A DNA stretch of 64,000 nt from Phyllobates terribilis (Eukaryota). This document shows positions 1 to 14,282 of the stretch, piece after piece. Location: NCBI RefSeq assembly GCF_046119375.1, contig NW_027362768.1, positions 30,566,001 to 30,630,000 on the forward strand, given 5' to 3'. Positions within the stretch are counted from its first letter, which is position 1; each line of letters starts with the position of its first letter. A program made the translations under genes and the position numbers. A model generated the notes under the pieces. That model searched no databases, was not told the origin of the DNA, and saw only the letters and a list, made by a program, of their open reading frames with translations.

Positions 1-1117
<1,117 letters not shown>

Positions 1118-1118
1118 T

Positions 1119-1550
1119 AGGTGTGGAAATTGCAGTAAATGTGACTGGATGGTAGTCTGTAAAACATTCTCAAATTCATCTACGAACAAATCCTTCTCAA
1201 TCAGGGAATTTGGTAATTGTAGATCTAAAGGGGTGGTCTACAAGGCGACATGTACTTGTCCCAAGGATTATGTAGGGAAGACCTTAAGGGAGATGCGGAC
1301 ATGAGTGGGTGAGCACTTGGGAGACATTAGATACAAATGTGACACACCGATTGCACGTCATATGAATGAAATCCATGGGGAACGACTGAAAGAAATATCA
1401 TTTAATATGATCGAATTGATTAGACCCAAGATAAGAGGTGGAAATTTGGATAAAACCATTCTGAGAAAAGAAGCTGAGTGGATATATAGATTACAGTCAG
1501 TATCTCCGAAAGGATTAAATGTACAGCTCTCATATGTATGTTTTTTGTGA
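1119..1550 (+). pseudogene. Penelope-like element (PLE) GIY-YIG endonuclease C-terminus, interrupted upstream by the Tc1
   Basis: Frame from 1119 reads RCGNCSKC...GVVYKATCTCPKDYVGKTLREMRT*VGEHLGDI...LRKEAEWIYRLQSVSPKGLN, the VVY/YVGKT GIY-YIG pattern typical of PLEs. One in-frame TGA at 1302-1304. Confidence 0.88.
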
Positions 1551-2435
1551 AGTATCCCCTCGCCGTGTCTCCCACTGGACATACTCCCCATACTCCATGA
1601 CCCTGCTCTTTAAGTCTGGTGGTCTCCTTGACCTCCGCCTCATTATGGGCTTATTTCTATAAATTGTCTTTCTCTATGTCCTCAACTTTGAGGAATTTCT
1701 ATTATGGAATTGATATGTATCTTACATCTAATTTTGGTAATGTGTATCCACCTCTATATCTTTATTGGATGGATAACTAATTAGCTGGCCCTAATGATTT
1801 GTCTTTACATTCTCTCTCCACACATGGACAAATGTCTCCTACAGACAGAATCATCTTGACTGATATGGCGTGTTGATATCTGTATTCTATTGCTCTATGT
1901 CAGCCCTTGGCAATGTGATTAGTAGCCATAAGTAGGCAGTCAATTTTTTTGACATGATAAACTGTACCATCATGCCTTCAGTAACTGATTGCTATGCACT
2001 TGCTATTTCGGCAATCACCGCAACTATATTATAGACCACCGCAGCGCTATGCTATCAGCGCCTGTGGTTAGGATGGACAACATGTGCTGGGGGCTGTGCG
2101 CCTGCGCGTGGGGTCTGACCGGATGTATTGCGCTCCACGCTGGAACGCAACTGCTACTTCCGGTCTGGATGTGTCGTACTAGCACATGCGCACTCTATTT
2201 AACAACTCAGCCTCCAGTGCTTGCGGGATCAACATGTGCAATAGAGTCCGGAGGTACATAAGACCATATGGTTGGGATATTTGTCTGTAATGAGTGGGCG
2301 GATGTCAATGATGAATATCTCATCTGTGTATATATTTAAATAGAACCATATGGTGAAGGACCATAGCCTGCCACAATCCATTATGCACTGCTGAATCAAG
2401 CATCACTGCTCTTTCTCTGGACACTTTACTACCTG

Positions 2436-2476
2436 GCCTCCTGATGAACCGATAGGACGGGGAAATGCGTTGAGGC
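2436..2476 (+). ncRNA. Minimal hammerhead ribozyme motif in PLE pseudo-LTR (decayed)
   Basis: gcctc CTGATGA a ccg-atagga-cgg g GAAA tgcgtt gaggc; stem I gcctc/gaggc. The expected GAAACGCGT is mutated to GAAATGCGT. Confidence 0.7.
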
Positions 2477-2959
2477 AGTTCCCAGATTTATGAGATAAGT
2501 TCTAACAATATTATGCATGGATAAATGTACCTGTGTGTTATCTCAGTGCTGTAACTATAGTGTATTAGAATAGGCAGTCACCTTTTTCTGTATATAGCTC
2601 ACCATCTTAGGGCGGAACAGGGAATGGTAGGGACAGCCGCCGAGGAACAGGGGCGCCAATATCGTTGTCATAGAGTGCCAACCCATATGCTAGGCAGGAA
2701 CTGATCAGGCTTTTACCAGGTCGAGTTAAGTGTATTATATACTATCGGTGCCTGATTGGGCTTATTCAAATCCTGTAGGGATGTTGGTTTTTTCTTCATC
2801 ATTGTCTTTTTTCAGTCACAATATTGTGACTGAGATAGATCCTTTCTATCACAAAAGGATTTTTTTTTGGTGTTTTTAATATTGATTAATAAAATTGAGT
2901 TTTAGAGGATTTATGTTCACATTCAAAATGACTGGGCACTACAATATATGGGCACTACA

Positions 2960-5040
2960 ATGTACTGGACACTTTAATGGCAGTTTGCAATTTTCATCCA
3001 GCAACATCCACTGCTCCTTGTTTCTGGAAAACACCCAAGGAGTCAAAATCATCACTACATGTGTAGATAAATTCCCAAAGAGGTATGATTTCCAAAACGG
3101 GTTCTCTTGAGGGGGGATTCTGCTGTTATAGTACTTAGATGCTCTTTATATGGAGTCCGCAAACTATCCTAGGAAAATCTGTGCTCCAGAAGGCAAATAG
3201 CTCTCCGTCCCTCCCGAGTCTTGCTGTTTGCCTAAGCAGTACTGTACAGCCACATATTAGGTATTTCTACATTCAGCAGAAATAGTGGGACAAATTTTGG
3301 TGCCATTTTTACCCATTTCACTGTGTGAAAATGTGAAATCTGGGGCCAAAACAAAATTTTGGTGATAAAAATTGAATTATTTTTTCTTCACTGCCCAATG
3401 GTATAAAATTCTGTGACACACCTGTGGTGTCAATATGATCACTGCACCCATAGATGAATAAACTGGAGGGTGTAGTTTGTAAAATTAGATCACTTATGGG
3501 GGTATTTCTGATATTCTGGCACCTTAGGGGTTCTTCCATTGTGACATGACACCCTCAAAGCATTCCAGCAAAATCTGAACCCCAATATGGTGAGAGTGCA
3601 CAACTAATTTTGGGGTCCATTTTCTCTCACTATCCTTGGGAAAATGAAAAAATATGGGGCTAAAACAACATTTTTGCGGGAAAAATATATATTTTTCATT
3701 TTCACAGATCAACATTGTACAATTCTATGAAGTACCAGAGGGTTCAAGGTACTCACCACTTGTCTAGATAAATTCCTTGAGGGGTATAGTTTCCAAAATG
3801 GGGTCACTAGTGGGGGGTTTCCACTGTTTAGGCACATCAGGGGCTCTCCAAATATGACATGACATCCTCAGACCATTCCATTCAAGTCTGCTTTCCAAAA
3901 CATCATTCCTTACTTTCTGAGCCCTGCCGTGTGCCCAAACAGTAGTTTTCCCCCACATATCAGGTATCTGCGTACTCAGGAGAAATTGCACAACAAATTT
4001 TGGGTTCCATTTTCTCCTGTTACCCTTGTGAAAGTCAAAATAAATGTGGGCCTAAAAAAGTATTTTTGTGGGAAAAATGTGATTTTTTTATTTTCAAGGC
4101 TCTACATTGTAAACTTTTGTGAAGCACCTGGGGGTTCAAGGTGCTCATCACACATCTAGATACATTTATTGAGGGGTCTAGTTTCCAAAATGAGGTCACT
4201 TGTGGGGGATTTTTAAAGTTTAGGCACATCAAGCGCTCTCCAAACGCGACATGGTGTCTGCTAATGATTCCAGCAAATTTTTGGGTTCAAAAAGTCAAAT
4301 GGCGCTCCTTCCCTTCGAGCCCTGCCATGTGCACAAACAGTAGTTTTCCTTCACATTTTGGGTATCGGCGTAGTCAGGAGAAATCTCACAACAAACTTTA
4401 CTGTGCATTTTCTCCTCTTACCTTTGTGAAAGTAAACAACTTGGAGCTATAGTAAAATTTTGCTGAAAAAAAAGTAAAATGTTCATTTTTTTCTTCCACA
4501 TTCCAACAGTTCCTGTGAAGCACCTGAAGGGTTAGCAAACTTCTTGAATGTGGTTTTGAGGACTTTAAGGGGTTCAGTTCTTAGAATGGTGCCACTTTTG
4601 GGTATTTTTTGTCATATAGGCCCTCCAAAGTCACTTCAAATGTGATGTGGTCCTTAAAAATGTTTTTTTAAATTTTGTTAGAAAAATGAGAAATTGCTGA
4701 TAAATTTTTAACCCTTATGACTTCCTAACCCCCAAAAAATTATGTTTCAAAACTGATGCAGATGTAAAGTAGACATGTGGTAAATGTTATTTATTAACTA
4801 TTTTGTGTAACATAACTCTCTGGTTTAAGGGCAGAAAAATTAAAAGTTTTAAAATTGCAAAATTTTCTACATTTTCACCAAATTTCCAATATTTTCACAA
4901 ATACACGCAAGTCATATCAAACAAATTTTACCACTACCATGAAGTACAATATGTCTCTAGAAAACAACTTAATAAAACTATTACTTCATGAAGTGACACT
5001 GGTCAGAATTGTAAAATTTGACCTGGTCATGAAGGTATAA
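2960..5040 (+). mobile_element. Degraded non-autonomous TTAA-type DNA transposon (same family as 34589-42791)
   Basis: Repeated internal blocks TTCCAAAATGGGGTCACTTGTGGGG...TTTAGGCACATCAGGGG; degenerate right end GGTCATGAAGG near 5026. Boundaries approximate. Confidence 0.7.
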
Positions 5041-5222
5041 ACAGGCCACAGTGTGAATTTGCACCTACACATTGCACCTATATCAACAGGTGTGCTGGCC
5101 CATTTCTTCTACTTTACATATACACATATTAATAATAAAACATTTTCATGGGAGTACTTTTTTAAGGACTGTAGTATGAGACAGATATGATCAGTGCTCA
5201 TTTATTTTATGTCATGTTGCAG

Positions 5223-5408
5223 CCTCTGATGAAAGAGTCAAGTGTCCACCCCCACCACAACCTATGAATATACAAGTCATAAAGCACAAAAATGACTATT
5301 TCAGTGGAGACAAAGAAACTATAAAATGCAAGCCTGGTTTTCAGCTTTATGGCACACAATTTGTAACTTGTAAAAATGGACAATGGACATCACCACCTCA
5401 ATGTGTTA
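5223..5408 (+). CDS. Exon encoding one sushi/CCP domain of a complement factor H / F13B-like gene
   Basis: Pyrimidine tract then AG at 5221-5222; GTAAG donor at 5409; 186 bp, phase 1-1. Translates SDERVKCPPPPQPMNIQVIKHKNDYFSGDKETIKCKPGFQLYGTQFVTCKNGQWTSPPQCV (4 Cys plus the conserved Trp). Not in the ORF track. Confidence 0.9.
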
Positions 5409-5974
5409 GTAAGTTCTGAACTTATTTATTCTAATATATTGTATACCATAAAAAGCCTTCTTGGTTGCACCTATTCTGGCATTAAAGACTGTGAGATCCA
5501 GCAACAATTTACTTAATTATCTATGAAATAGGCCAATCTATTGCTTCTAGGCACTATAGAGTTCAAGTCCTCTTCCTCTCTGAAGAAGCAATTTGCATAT
5601 TAAATTTCCCAGAGGAGCAGGGGCGTATCCGGGGGAGGGGCAGGGGGACGCAGTCTGGCCGCCTAATGCGGTGGTCCAATGTGTCTCCCCTGGCGGCAGC
5701 ATTCTGCCTGCCCCGGACCGGGATTTGGCCGTTCTCTGAGCGGGCATCAAGCTTACAGCCCGCTCAGAAAAGCTGCAGTGTGCCGGCTCCCAGCATTGTA
5801 CTTGCGTCTTGCTGACACAAGTACAAATGAAGCTCTGACCGTCGATTACAGCAACGTCAGCAGCATGATGTGATCATGCTGCTGACGACACTCACCGGCG
5901 CCCACAGGAGGGATAGAGCAACAGTGGTAAGTGCTCGTGTGGTTATGGAGCTGAAGATTCAGATGGGGGGGGCA

Positions 5975-6370
5975 TAGTTATTAATTGTATGGGGGGCATA
6001 GTTATTAATTGTGTAGCGGGGGTATTCATTGTGCAGGGGGTATTTATTTTGCACGGGGGTATTTATTGTGCAGGTGGAGTAATTGTGCAGGGGGTAATTA
6101 TTGTGCAGGGGGGCATAATTATTAATTGTGCAGGTTGGTATTTATTGTGCAGCGGTATTAATTGTGCAGTGGGCATATTTATTAATTGTGCAGGGGGCTA
6201 CTGTGCGGGGGGGCTATTTATTAATTGTGCAGGGGGCTATTAATTGTGCAGAGGGGCTATTAATTGTGCAGGGATCTATTAATTGTGCAGGGGGCATATT
6301 TATTAATTGTGCAGGGGGGCTATTAATTGTGCTGGGGGCATATTTATTTATTATGCAGGGGCCATATTTA
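5975..6370. repeat. Degenerate minisatellite (ATTAATTGTGCAGGGGG-like, about 18-20 bp) inside the hAT element
   Basis: Many visible imperfect tandem copies. Confidence 0.85.
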
Positions 6371-7206
6371 TTCAGTGTGAGGGCAAATTTAATCTATGGG
6401 GAGCGAGTGGGGGGTGGGTGCAGACACATTAATGGTAGCGAGGGGGAAAATGTGTGTGGACACAGTATGTGGAGTGTGGGTGATGGGATGTGTGCGGACA
6501 CAGTATGGGGAGTCCGGGGGGATGTGTGAGGAGGAAATATTAGGAGGTAGGGGAAAACGTGTAAGGAGACTATTGAGGGGAATAGTGTGAAGAGACAGTA
6601 TGGAGGAAGAAAAGTGTGAGAGGGCACAGAATAGAGTCTGAGTAGTGGGTGGGCGATAGCATGGGGGGACAGTGTAAGGTCACAGCCAGGAGGGAACAGT
6701 ATGCTAAGTAGGGGGGGGTGTGGTGAGGGGTGAGTATGATGAGGGGGCACAGTACAGAGACTGAGCCCTATAGGGGGAACACAGTGTGAGGACAGTGTGA
6801 AGAGGGGCCAAGTATGGTAAGGAGAGGGACAGTGTGGGGATCATATTTTGTGCAGGGAATATAGTGAGGGGTAATTGTATATTCAGGGGCTCAGTGTATG
6901 GCAGATATTTTTATTCAGGAGCATTATAATGACACTGTATCTTTAAGGGCATTGTGTTGGGATGTGCTGCAGAAGACCGGAGAAGATGGAAGTCTGCAGA
7001 GACGAGGTATTGATGAGAAAACTCATCATGGCGCCTGGACAAGATGAAGAAGAAAAGAAAGAGAATGACTCCAGAGACAACATAATCTATAAGGTACCTG
7101 GATGGTAATGTTTTTTATGATGCTGACTTTTTTTTATGTTTATTTATGTTAGGAGCATAAAAGATGTTGTCCACATTTATGATGAGTCTGCAGTAATTCT
7201 ATGTGA

Positions 7207-7427
7207 CTACAGACTTCTGAATTCTCACAGTGCGCACTGCACACTGTCAGGATTCTCTCATGTCGGCGATTTCTATACATGCGGTCACGTGCTGACTAGA
7301 CATGCGTGGCCTCACTCAATGACAATCACATACTTGTGGTGACATGACCGTCCACTGTTGCCACCGGCAAGGGAGAATCCTAAAAGTCTGCAGTGCATGC
7401 GCTGTGAGAATTCAGAAGCCTGCAGTC
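7207..7427. mobile_element. Palindromic MITE remnant
   Basis: Arms GACTACAGACTTCTGAATTCTCACAGTGCGCA / TGCGCTGTGAGAATTCAGAAGCCTGCAGTC. Confidence 0.6.
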
Positions 7428-7676
7428 ATATACAGTGACTGCAGACTTTCATCTCAAACCTGGACAAGCCCATTAATTTTTTTTAAATAAAGCCCTGTAG
7501 CCAATCCTAACAGCGTGTAATATACTCACTGTCAGGATTGAACTCTGCTTGGTGGTTCCATCACATGGCCACTTCATTCATATGAGATTTTTATACTTAC
7601 GGTCAAGTGACAACAAGCTTTTCCTCCTGCTTCTCTCAGAGAGAATTAGGAAGAGCAGCTCGTCGGCATGTGACTA

Positions 7677-7881
7677 AGGCCACGGCCCCACTATCAGTAT
7701 TTGGTCAGTATTCGGTCAGTATTTTTTCTCAGGAGTGGGAGACAAAACCGGGTGAGGAACAATCAGAGAAAAGGTATAATAGAAATAAGTCACCAATTCT
7801 GCATTTATCACCCACTCCTTGTCTTGGCTCCCACACCTGAGAAAAAATACTGACTAAATACTGATAGTGGGGCCGTAGCCC
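7677..7881. mobile_element. MITE (Harbinger-like termini)
   Basis: TIR GGCCACGGCCCCACTATCAGTATT / AATACTGATAGTGGGGCCGTAGCC, flanked by TA. Confidence 0.75.
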
Positions 7882-8224
7882 TAGTGTGCAAATCGCATAT
7901 GTGCTGGGGAAGAAGCGGGGGAAAGGCGGGCGACAAACTGAATTCTTGTCTCGGTTGCTAGAAGACCTAGATACACCTCTGCAGAGGAGCATTGCACGGC
8001 AAATAAGCCTCCTTACCTTTGCATGCCAGAGCCAGTATGTCACTCTCCACAAGGAGAAACATTACCCCTTAGATCTCAGTCCAGAGCCTCACACCCAGCC
8101 AAATCAGTTCTCATACTTTGCACTGATGAGGGCCAACAGCCCGAAACACTGTGTCTGCAAATTTACATTCTGATTTGACTTTTATCCTAAGTCATATTGC
8201 AAGACTCGTTAAAGGGTCAAATTG

Positions 8225-8404
8225 TGACTTGTAGGATTGCTGCTTCCAATAGGTGGAGCTATAGAGTACAAGTCCTCTTCCTCTCTGAAGATGCAATTTT
8301 CATATTAAATTTCCCAGAGGAACATTGCACGGCAAATAAGCCTCCTTACCTTGGCATGTCAGAGCCAGTATGTCAGTCTCCACAAGGAGAAACGTTACCC
8401 CTTA
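8225..8404. repeat. Short interspersed repeat; second copy at about 5553-5617 + 7982-8071
   Basis: Shared sequence CTATAGAG...AAGTCCTCTTCCTCTCTGAAG...CCCAGAGG...CACAAGGAGAAAC..TTACCCCTTA. Confidence 0.7.
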
Positions 8405-9499
8405 GCTAAAAAAAATGAAAGATATGCTATTTGATGGTTACACTAGAAGAGAACAAGTAACTGGGATTTGATGACAAGAAAGAGAATTACAGAAAACTGA
8501 ATAGCAGAAATGGTGTTTGTTTGCGAGAGGATGAATTTCCAACATAATTACCATTATAATTTCACACCAATGTAATCTTCATTAGAGATGAGCGTTGTTC
8601 TACTCGAACTGTTCGCCAATCTCAAATTCGAGCTGTTTTGGGCGGTGTTCGAGCCGTTCGGCGAACACGAACAATTTGAGAAAAATTCGGCTGTTCGAGG
8701 TTATGTTCGATAACTGTTCGTGCACCAAAATCATAACTGGATTTTTTCTCAGTAATGATGAAAATTAATGTTAATACGCAGTTTGAGTGTACAGCGGGGT
8801 GGGGGGAGGGGCAGGGGATGGATCTCTGCAGGAACAATGAAGATCTCCATTTTTTTTTCTCTTTCCCGCAATTACAGTGGGGAGGTGCAATCTGTCAGCC
8901 TATCAGCAGCGCACACACGGAGCGAAGTGCTTTTTTTCACACAAGCAAGGGAATGTGTCATTGGCAGTGTATGTCACATGTCCTTGCCCTATAAGACCAA
9001 GCCATTTTCCCCGTCGCCACCATTTTCTCACTGCTGCAGCTGCGTGTTAGACGGCACCGCTGTTGCTGTGTGCGCTATACCTTGTTAATTTCAAGCCAAT
9101 TTTCGCACAAATCTACAGATAGCTTGGGAGTAGGGAATAGTTGTGATTGCAGTCCTTTTAAGGACTAGGTTACAGCATTTCCTACGACTTTTATCAGGCA
9201 GGTCTGTGCTCTTAAATAGATAGATTGTGGGAGTAAAGACTAATTGTAATTGGAGTCCTTTTCAGGACTAGGTTACATCAGTTCCTATCAGTTTTTGCCA
9301 GGCAGGTCTGTGCCAGTGCTGTGCAAGTTTTTTTCACAGCATTTGGCTGAATCTAGCAAAGCTAATCCTTTTTGGCCTATTGCAGAGTGTGTTAGTCAGT
9401 GGAGTAGCCTATCTGTGTTGCAAGATATACCACCTGTGTATAGAATACCAATTTTTTTACTGCACCTAGTGAAGTAAAATCTTTTGGGCATAGCATCAT

Positions 9500-10106
9500 T
9501 CTATTAGTCCATCTATACTGACCTCCATCAGGTTGCAAATTGAATATAACTTTTTTCTGCATCTAGCTCTGAAAAAATATTGGGCTTCTAGCTGTGTGTG
9601 GGACTTGTTCTATTAATCCATCTATACAGACCTCCATCAGGTTGCAAACTGAATATATTTTTTTCTGCATCTACCTCTGAAAAAATATTGGGCTTCTAGC
9701 TGTGTGTGGGACTTGTTCTATTAATCCATCTATACAGACCTCCATCAGGTTGCAAACTGAATATATTTTTTTCTGCATCTAGCTCTGAAAAAATATTGGG
9801 CTTCTAGCTGTGTGTGGGACTTGTTCTATTAATCCATCTATACAGACCTCCATCAGGTTGCAAACTGAATATATTTTTTTCTGCATCTACCTCTGAAAAA
9901 ATATTGGGCTTCTAGCTGTGTGTGGGACTTGTTGTATTAGTCCATCTATACTGACCTCCATCAGGTTGCAAACTGAATATATTTTTTTCTGCATCTACCT
10001 CTGAAAAAATATTGGGCTTCTAGCTGTGTGTGGGACTTGTTCTATTAATCCATCTATACAGACCTCCATCAGGTTGCAAATTGAATATAATTTTTTTCTG
10101 CATCTA
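9500..10106 (+). repeat. 108-109 bp tandem array, about 5.6 units, upstream of the copy A transposase
   Basis: Unit starts at about 9500, 9609, 9717, 9825, 9933, 10041. Confidence 0.93.
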
Positions 10107-12120
10107 ACCCAGCCAATAGTTTTGGCCTAATACCACAGTTTGGCCACTCAGCTCTGCTCGGTTCCCATCCATTGTTTTTTTGTGCAAACAACTCCAGAGT
10201 TGTGAATTAGTTAACCACCAAAATGAGTGGAAAAAGGCCTGCTGCTGGTGGAAAGGGGAATAGGCATGTTGGGAAGGGGAAAAAAGGTTGTGTCCGTGGG
10301 GTAGGTGTTAAAGCAACAGTAACATCTGCAGAAGAAAGACCATCTTCCAGCCAAACTAAAATGTCTACTTCTTTTAGCGGACAATGTGATAAGATCCCTT
10401 TCTTACGGCCACGCCAATCGCTACAAATTCCAGATGAGGCACAAAAACAGCAGGTGCTTCAACGGATATCAAGTGCTCCTTTAAGTGGGCTCTCCTCCAC
10501 ATCAACTTCAACATCACAAATACGCCAGTCCTCAAAGGTGTCACCCCAATCGCACTTGCTTCCTCACAGCTCCCAAATCTCCAGCTGCCCGTCTGAGTAT
10601 GAGGTAGAACAGATGGTTGAGTCTGCAGAGCTGTTTACTCATACTATAGCCTGGGAATCAGAGGTCGACTCCAGCGCTTCTGTGAATCCAGACGAGGAAA
10701 TGATCTGCACTGATGCCCAGAATCTTTATGAGTCGGATCCAGGACCAGACGCAGAAGGTTCTGACCATAATGTAGACCCTCATTCCCAAACTGTAACTCC
10801 TGTTGGTGGAGACAATGAGGAAGACGATGATAAGACTCAAATACCTGATTGGAGCGACAACTTTAGTTTTTTGTCAGGGCAGGAACAGGTTGGCTCTGAG
10901 GACGACGGGTGTGATAACGCACAGGGTGATGATGATGAGGTTGGAGATCCCACTTACTGTCAACCCACAGTCAGCCAAGAGATGAGGTCAGCAGAGGAGG
11001 TGGAGGAAGATGCTAGTGACGACGAGGTCAGGTTGCGCCTTCCTGGACAGAGACGTAGTACTGGAAGCACGTCAACAACTGCATCCTCAAACACAACTCT
11101 GCCTCTCTCCACAAGTCGTGGTGGCTCTTCAGGTCGCATGGGTGCTAAGCCTTGCATAGCCTGGGCATTTTTTCAGATCAATAAAGATGACCCAACTCGT
11201 GTTTAGAGATGAGCGTTGTTCTACTCGAACTGTTCGCCAATCTCAAATTCGAGCTGTTTTGGGCGGTGTTCGAGCCGTTCGGCGAACACGAACAATTTGA
11301 TAAAAATTCGGCTGTTCGAGGTTATGTTCGATAACTGTTCGTGCACCAAAATCATAACTGGATTTTTTCTCAGTAATGATGAAAATTAATGTTAATACGC
11401 AGTTTGAGTGTACAGCGGGGTGGGGGGAGGGGCAGGGGATGGATCTCTGCAGGAACAATGAAGATCTCCATTTTTTTTTCTCTTTCCCGCATTTGCAGTG
11501 GGGAGGTGCAATCTGTCAGCCTATCAGCAGCGCACACACGGAGCGAAGTGCTTTTTTTCACACAAGCAAGGGCATGTGTCATTGGCAGTGTATGTCACAT
11601 GTCCTTGCCCTATAAGACCAAGCCATTTTCCCCGTCGCCACCATTTTCTCACTGCTGCAGCTGCGTGTTAGACGGCACCGCTGTTGCTGTGTGCGCTATA
11701 CCTTGTTAATTTCAAGCCAATTTTCGCACAAATATACAGATAGCTTGGGAGTAGGGAATAGTTGTGATTGCAGTCCTTTTAAGGACTAGGTTACAGCATT
11801 TCCTACGACTTTTATCAGGCAGGTCTGTGCTCTTAAATAGATAGATTGTGGGAGTAAAGACTAATTGTAATTGGAGTCCTTTTCAGGACTAGGTTACATC
11901 AGTTCCTATCAGTTTTTGCCAGGCAGGTCTGTGCCAGTGCTGTGCAAGTTTTTTTCACAGCATTTGGCTGAATCTAGCAAAGCTAATCCTTTTTGGCCTA
12001 TTGCAGAGTGTGTTAGTCAGTGGAGTAGCCTATCTGTGTTGCAAGATATACCACCTGTGTATAGAATACCAATTTTTTTACTGCACCTAGTGAAGTAAAA
12101 TCTTTTGGGCATAGCATCAT

Positions 12121-14166
12121 TCTATTAGTCCATCTATACTGACCTCCATCAGGTTGCAAACTGAATATAATTTTTTTCTACATCTAGCTCTGAAAAAATA
12201 TTTGGGCTTCTAGCAGTGTGTGGGACTTGGTCTATTAGTCCATCTATACTGACCTCCATCAGGTTGCAAATTAAAAATAATTTTTTTCTTCATTTAGCTC
12301 TGAAAAAATATTTGGGCTTCTAGCAGTGTGTGGGACTTGTTCTATTAGTCCTTCTATACTGACCTCCAGCAGGTTGCAAATTGAATATAATTTTTTTCTG
12401 CATCTAGCTCTGAAAAAATATTTGGGCTTCTAGCGGTGTGTGGGACTTGGTCTATTAGTCCATCTATACTGACCTCCATCAGGTTGCAAATTAAAAATAT
12501 TTTTTTTCTGCATCTAGCTCTGAAAAAATATTTGGGCTTCTAGCAGTGTGTGGGACTTGGTCTATTAGTCCATCTATACTGACCTCCATCAGGTTGCAAA
12601 TTAAAAATAATTTTTTTCTTCATTTATCTCTGAAAAAATATTTGGGCTTCTAGCAGCGTGTGGGACTTGTTCTATTAGTCCATCTATACTGACCTCCATC
12701 AGGTTGCAAATTAAAAATAATTTTTTTCTGCATCTAGCTCTGAAAAAATATTTGGGCTTCTAGCAGTGTGTGGGACTTGGTCTATTAGTCCATCTATACT
12801 GACCTCCATCAGGTTGCAAATTAAAAATATTTTTTTTCTGCATCTAGCTCTGAAAAAATATTTGGGCTTCTAGCAGTGTGTGGGACTTGGTCTATTAGTC
12901 CATCTATACTGACCTCCATCAGGTTGCAAATTGAATAAAAAAAATTTCTGCATCTAGCTCTGAAAAAATATTTGGGCTTCTAGCGGTGTGTGGGACTTGG
13001 TCTATTAGTCCATCTATACTGACCTCCATCAGGTTGCAAATTAAAAATAATTTTTTTCTGCATCTAGCTCTGAAAAAATATTTGGGCTTCTAGCAGTGTG
13101 TGGGACTTGGTCTATTAGTCCATCTATACTGACCTCCATCAGGTTGCAAATTAAAAATAATTTTTTTCTTCATTTAGCTCTGAAAAAATATTTGGGCTTC
13201 TAGCAGTGTGTGGGACTTGTTCTATTAGTCCTTCTATACTGACCTCCAGCAGGTTGCAAATTGAATATAATTTTTTTCTGCATCTAGCTCTGAAAAAATA
13301 TTTGGGCTTCTAGCGGTGTGTGGGACTTGGTCTATTAGTCCATCTATACTGACCTCCATCAGGTTGCAAATTAAAAATATTTTTTTTCTGCATCTAGCTC
13401 TGAAAAAATATTTGGGCTTCTAGCAGTGTGTGGGACTTGGTCTATTAGTCCATCTATACTGACCTCCATCAGGTTGCAAATTAAAAATAATTTTTTTCTT
13501 CATTTATCTCTGAAAAAATATTTGGGCTTCTAGCAGCGTGTGGGACTTGTTCTATTAGTCCATCTATACTGACCTCCATCAGGTTGCAAATTAAAAATAA
13601 TTTTTTTCTGCATCTAGCTCTGAAAAAATATTTGGGCTTCTAGCAGTGTGTGGGACTTGGTCTATTAGTCCATCTATACTGACCTCCATCAGGTTGCAAA
13701 TTAAAAATATTTTTTTTCTGCATCTAGCTCTGAAAAAATATTTGGGCTTCTAGCAGTGTGTGGGACTTGGTCTATTAGTCCATCTATACTGACCTCCATC
13801 AGGTTGCAAATTGAATAAAAAAAATTTCTGCATCTAGCTCTGAAAAAATATTTGGGCTTCTAGCGGTGTGTGGGACTTGGTCTATTAGTCCATCTATACT
13901 GACCTCCATCAGGTTGCAAATTAAAAATAATTTTTTTCTGCATCTAGCTCTGAAAAAATATTTGGGCTTCTAGCAGTGTGTGGGACTTGGTCTATTAGTC
14001 CATCTATACTGACCTCCATCAGGTTGCAAATTGAATAAAAAAATTTTCTGCATCTAGCTCTGAAAAAATATTTGGGCTTCTAGCGCTGTGTGGGACTTGG
14101 TCTATTAGTCCATCTATACTGACCTCCATCAGGTTGCAAATTAAAAATAATTTTTTTCTGCATCTA
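12121..14166 (+). repeat. 110-bp tandem array, about 18.6 units, with 880-bp higher-order duplication
   Basis: TCTATTAGTC starts every 110 bp from 12121 to 14101. The variant pattern of units 2-9 (12231-13110) recurs as units 10-17 (13111-13990). Confidence 0.95.
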
Positions 14167-14282
14167 ACCCAGCCAATAGTTTTGGCCTAATACCACAGTT
14201 TGGCCACTCAGCTCTGCTCGGTTACCATCCATTGTTTTTTTGTGCAAACAACTCCAGAGTTGTGAATTAGTTAACCACCAAA

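Larger units (their letters stand above)
5618..7981. mobile_element. Non-autonomous hAT-type element, 2.36 kb
   Basis: TIRs CAGGGGCGTATC / GATACACCTCTG; perfect 8-bp TSD CAGAGGAG at 5610-5617 and 7982-7989. It splits a short repeat whose intact sister copy lies at about 8225-8404. Confidence 0.88.

Noticed and set aside
5989-6750. Gly/Ile/Cys-rich and Pro/His-rich ORFs
   Set aside because: Translations of minisatellite and purine-rich low-complexity DNA.
12121-14166. CRISPR-like appearance of the regular arrays (also 62500-63915)
   Set aside because: Units are wholly repeated with no unique spacers, there are no cas genes, and the context is eukaryotic.
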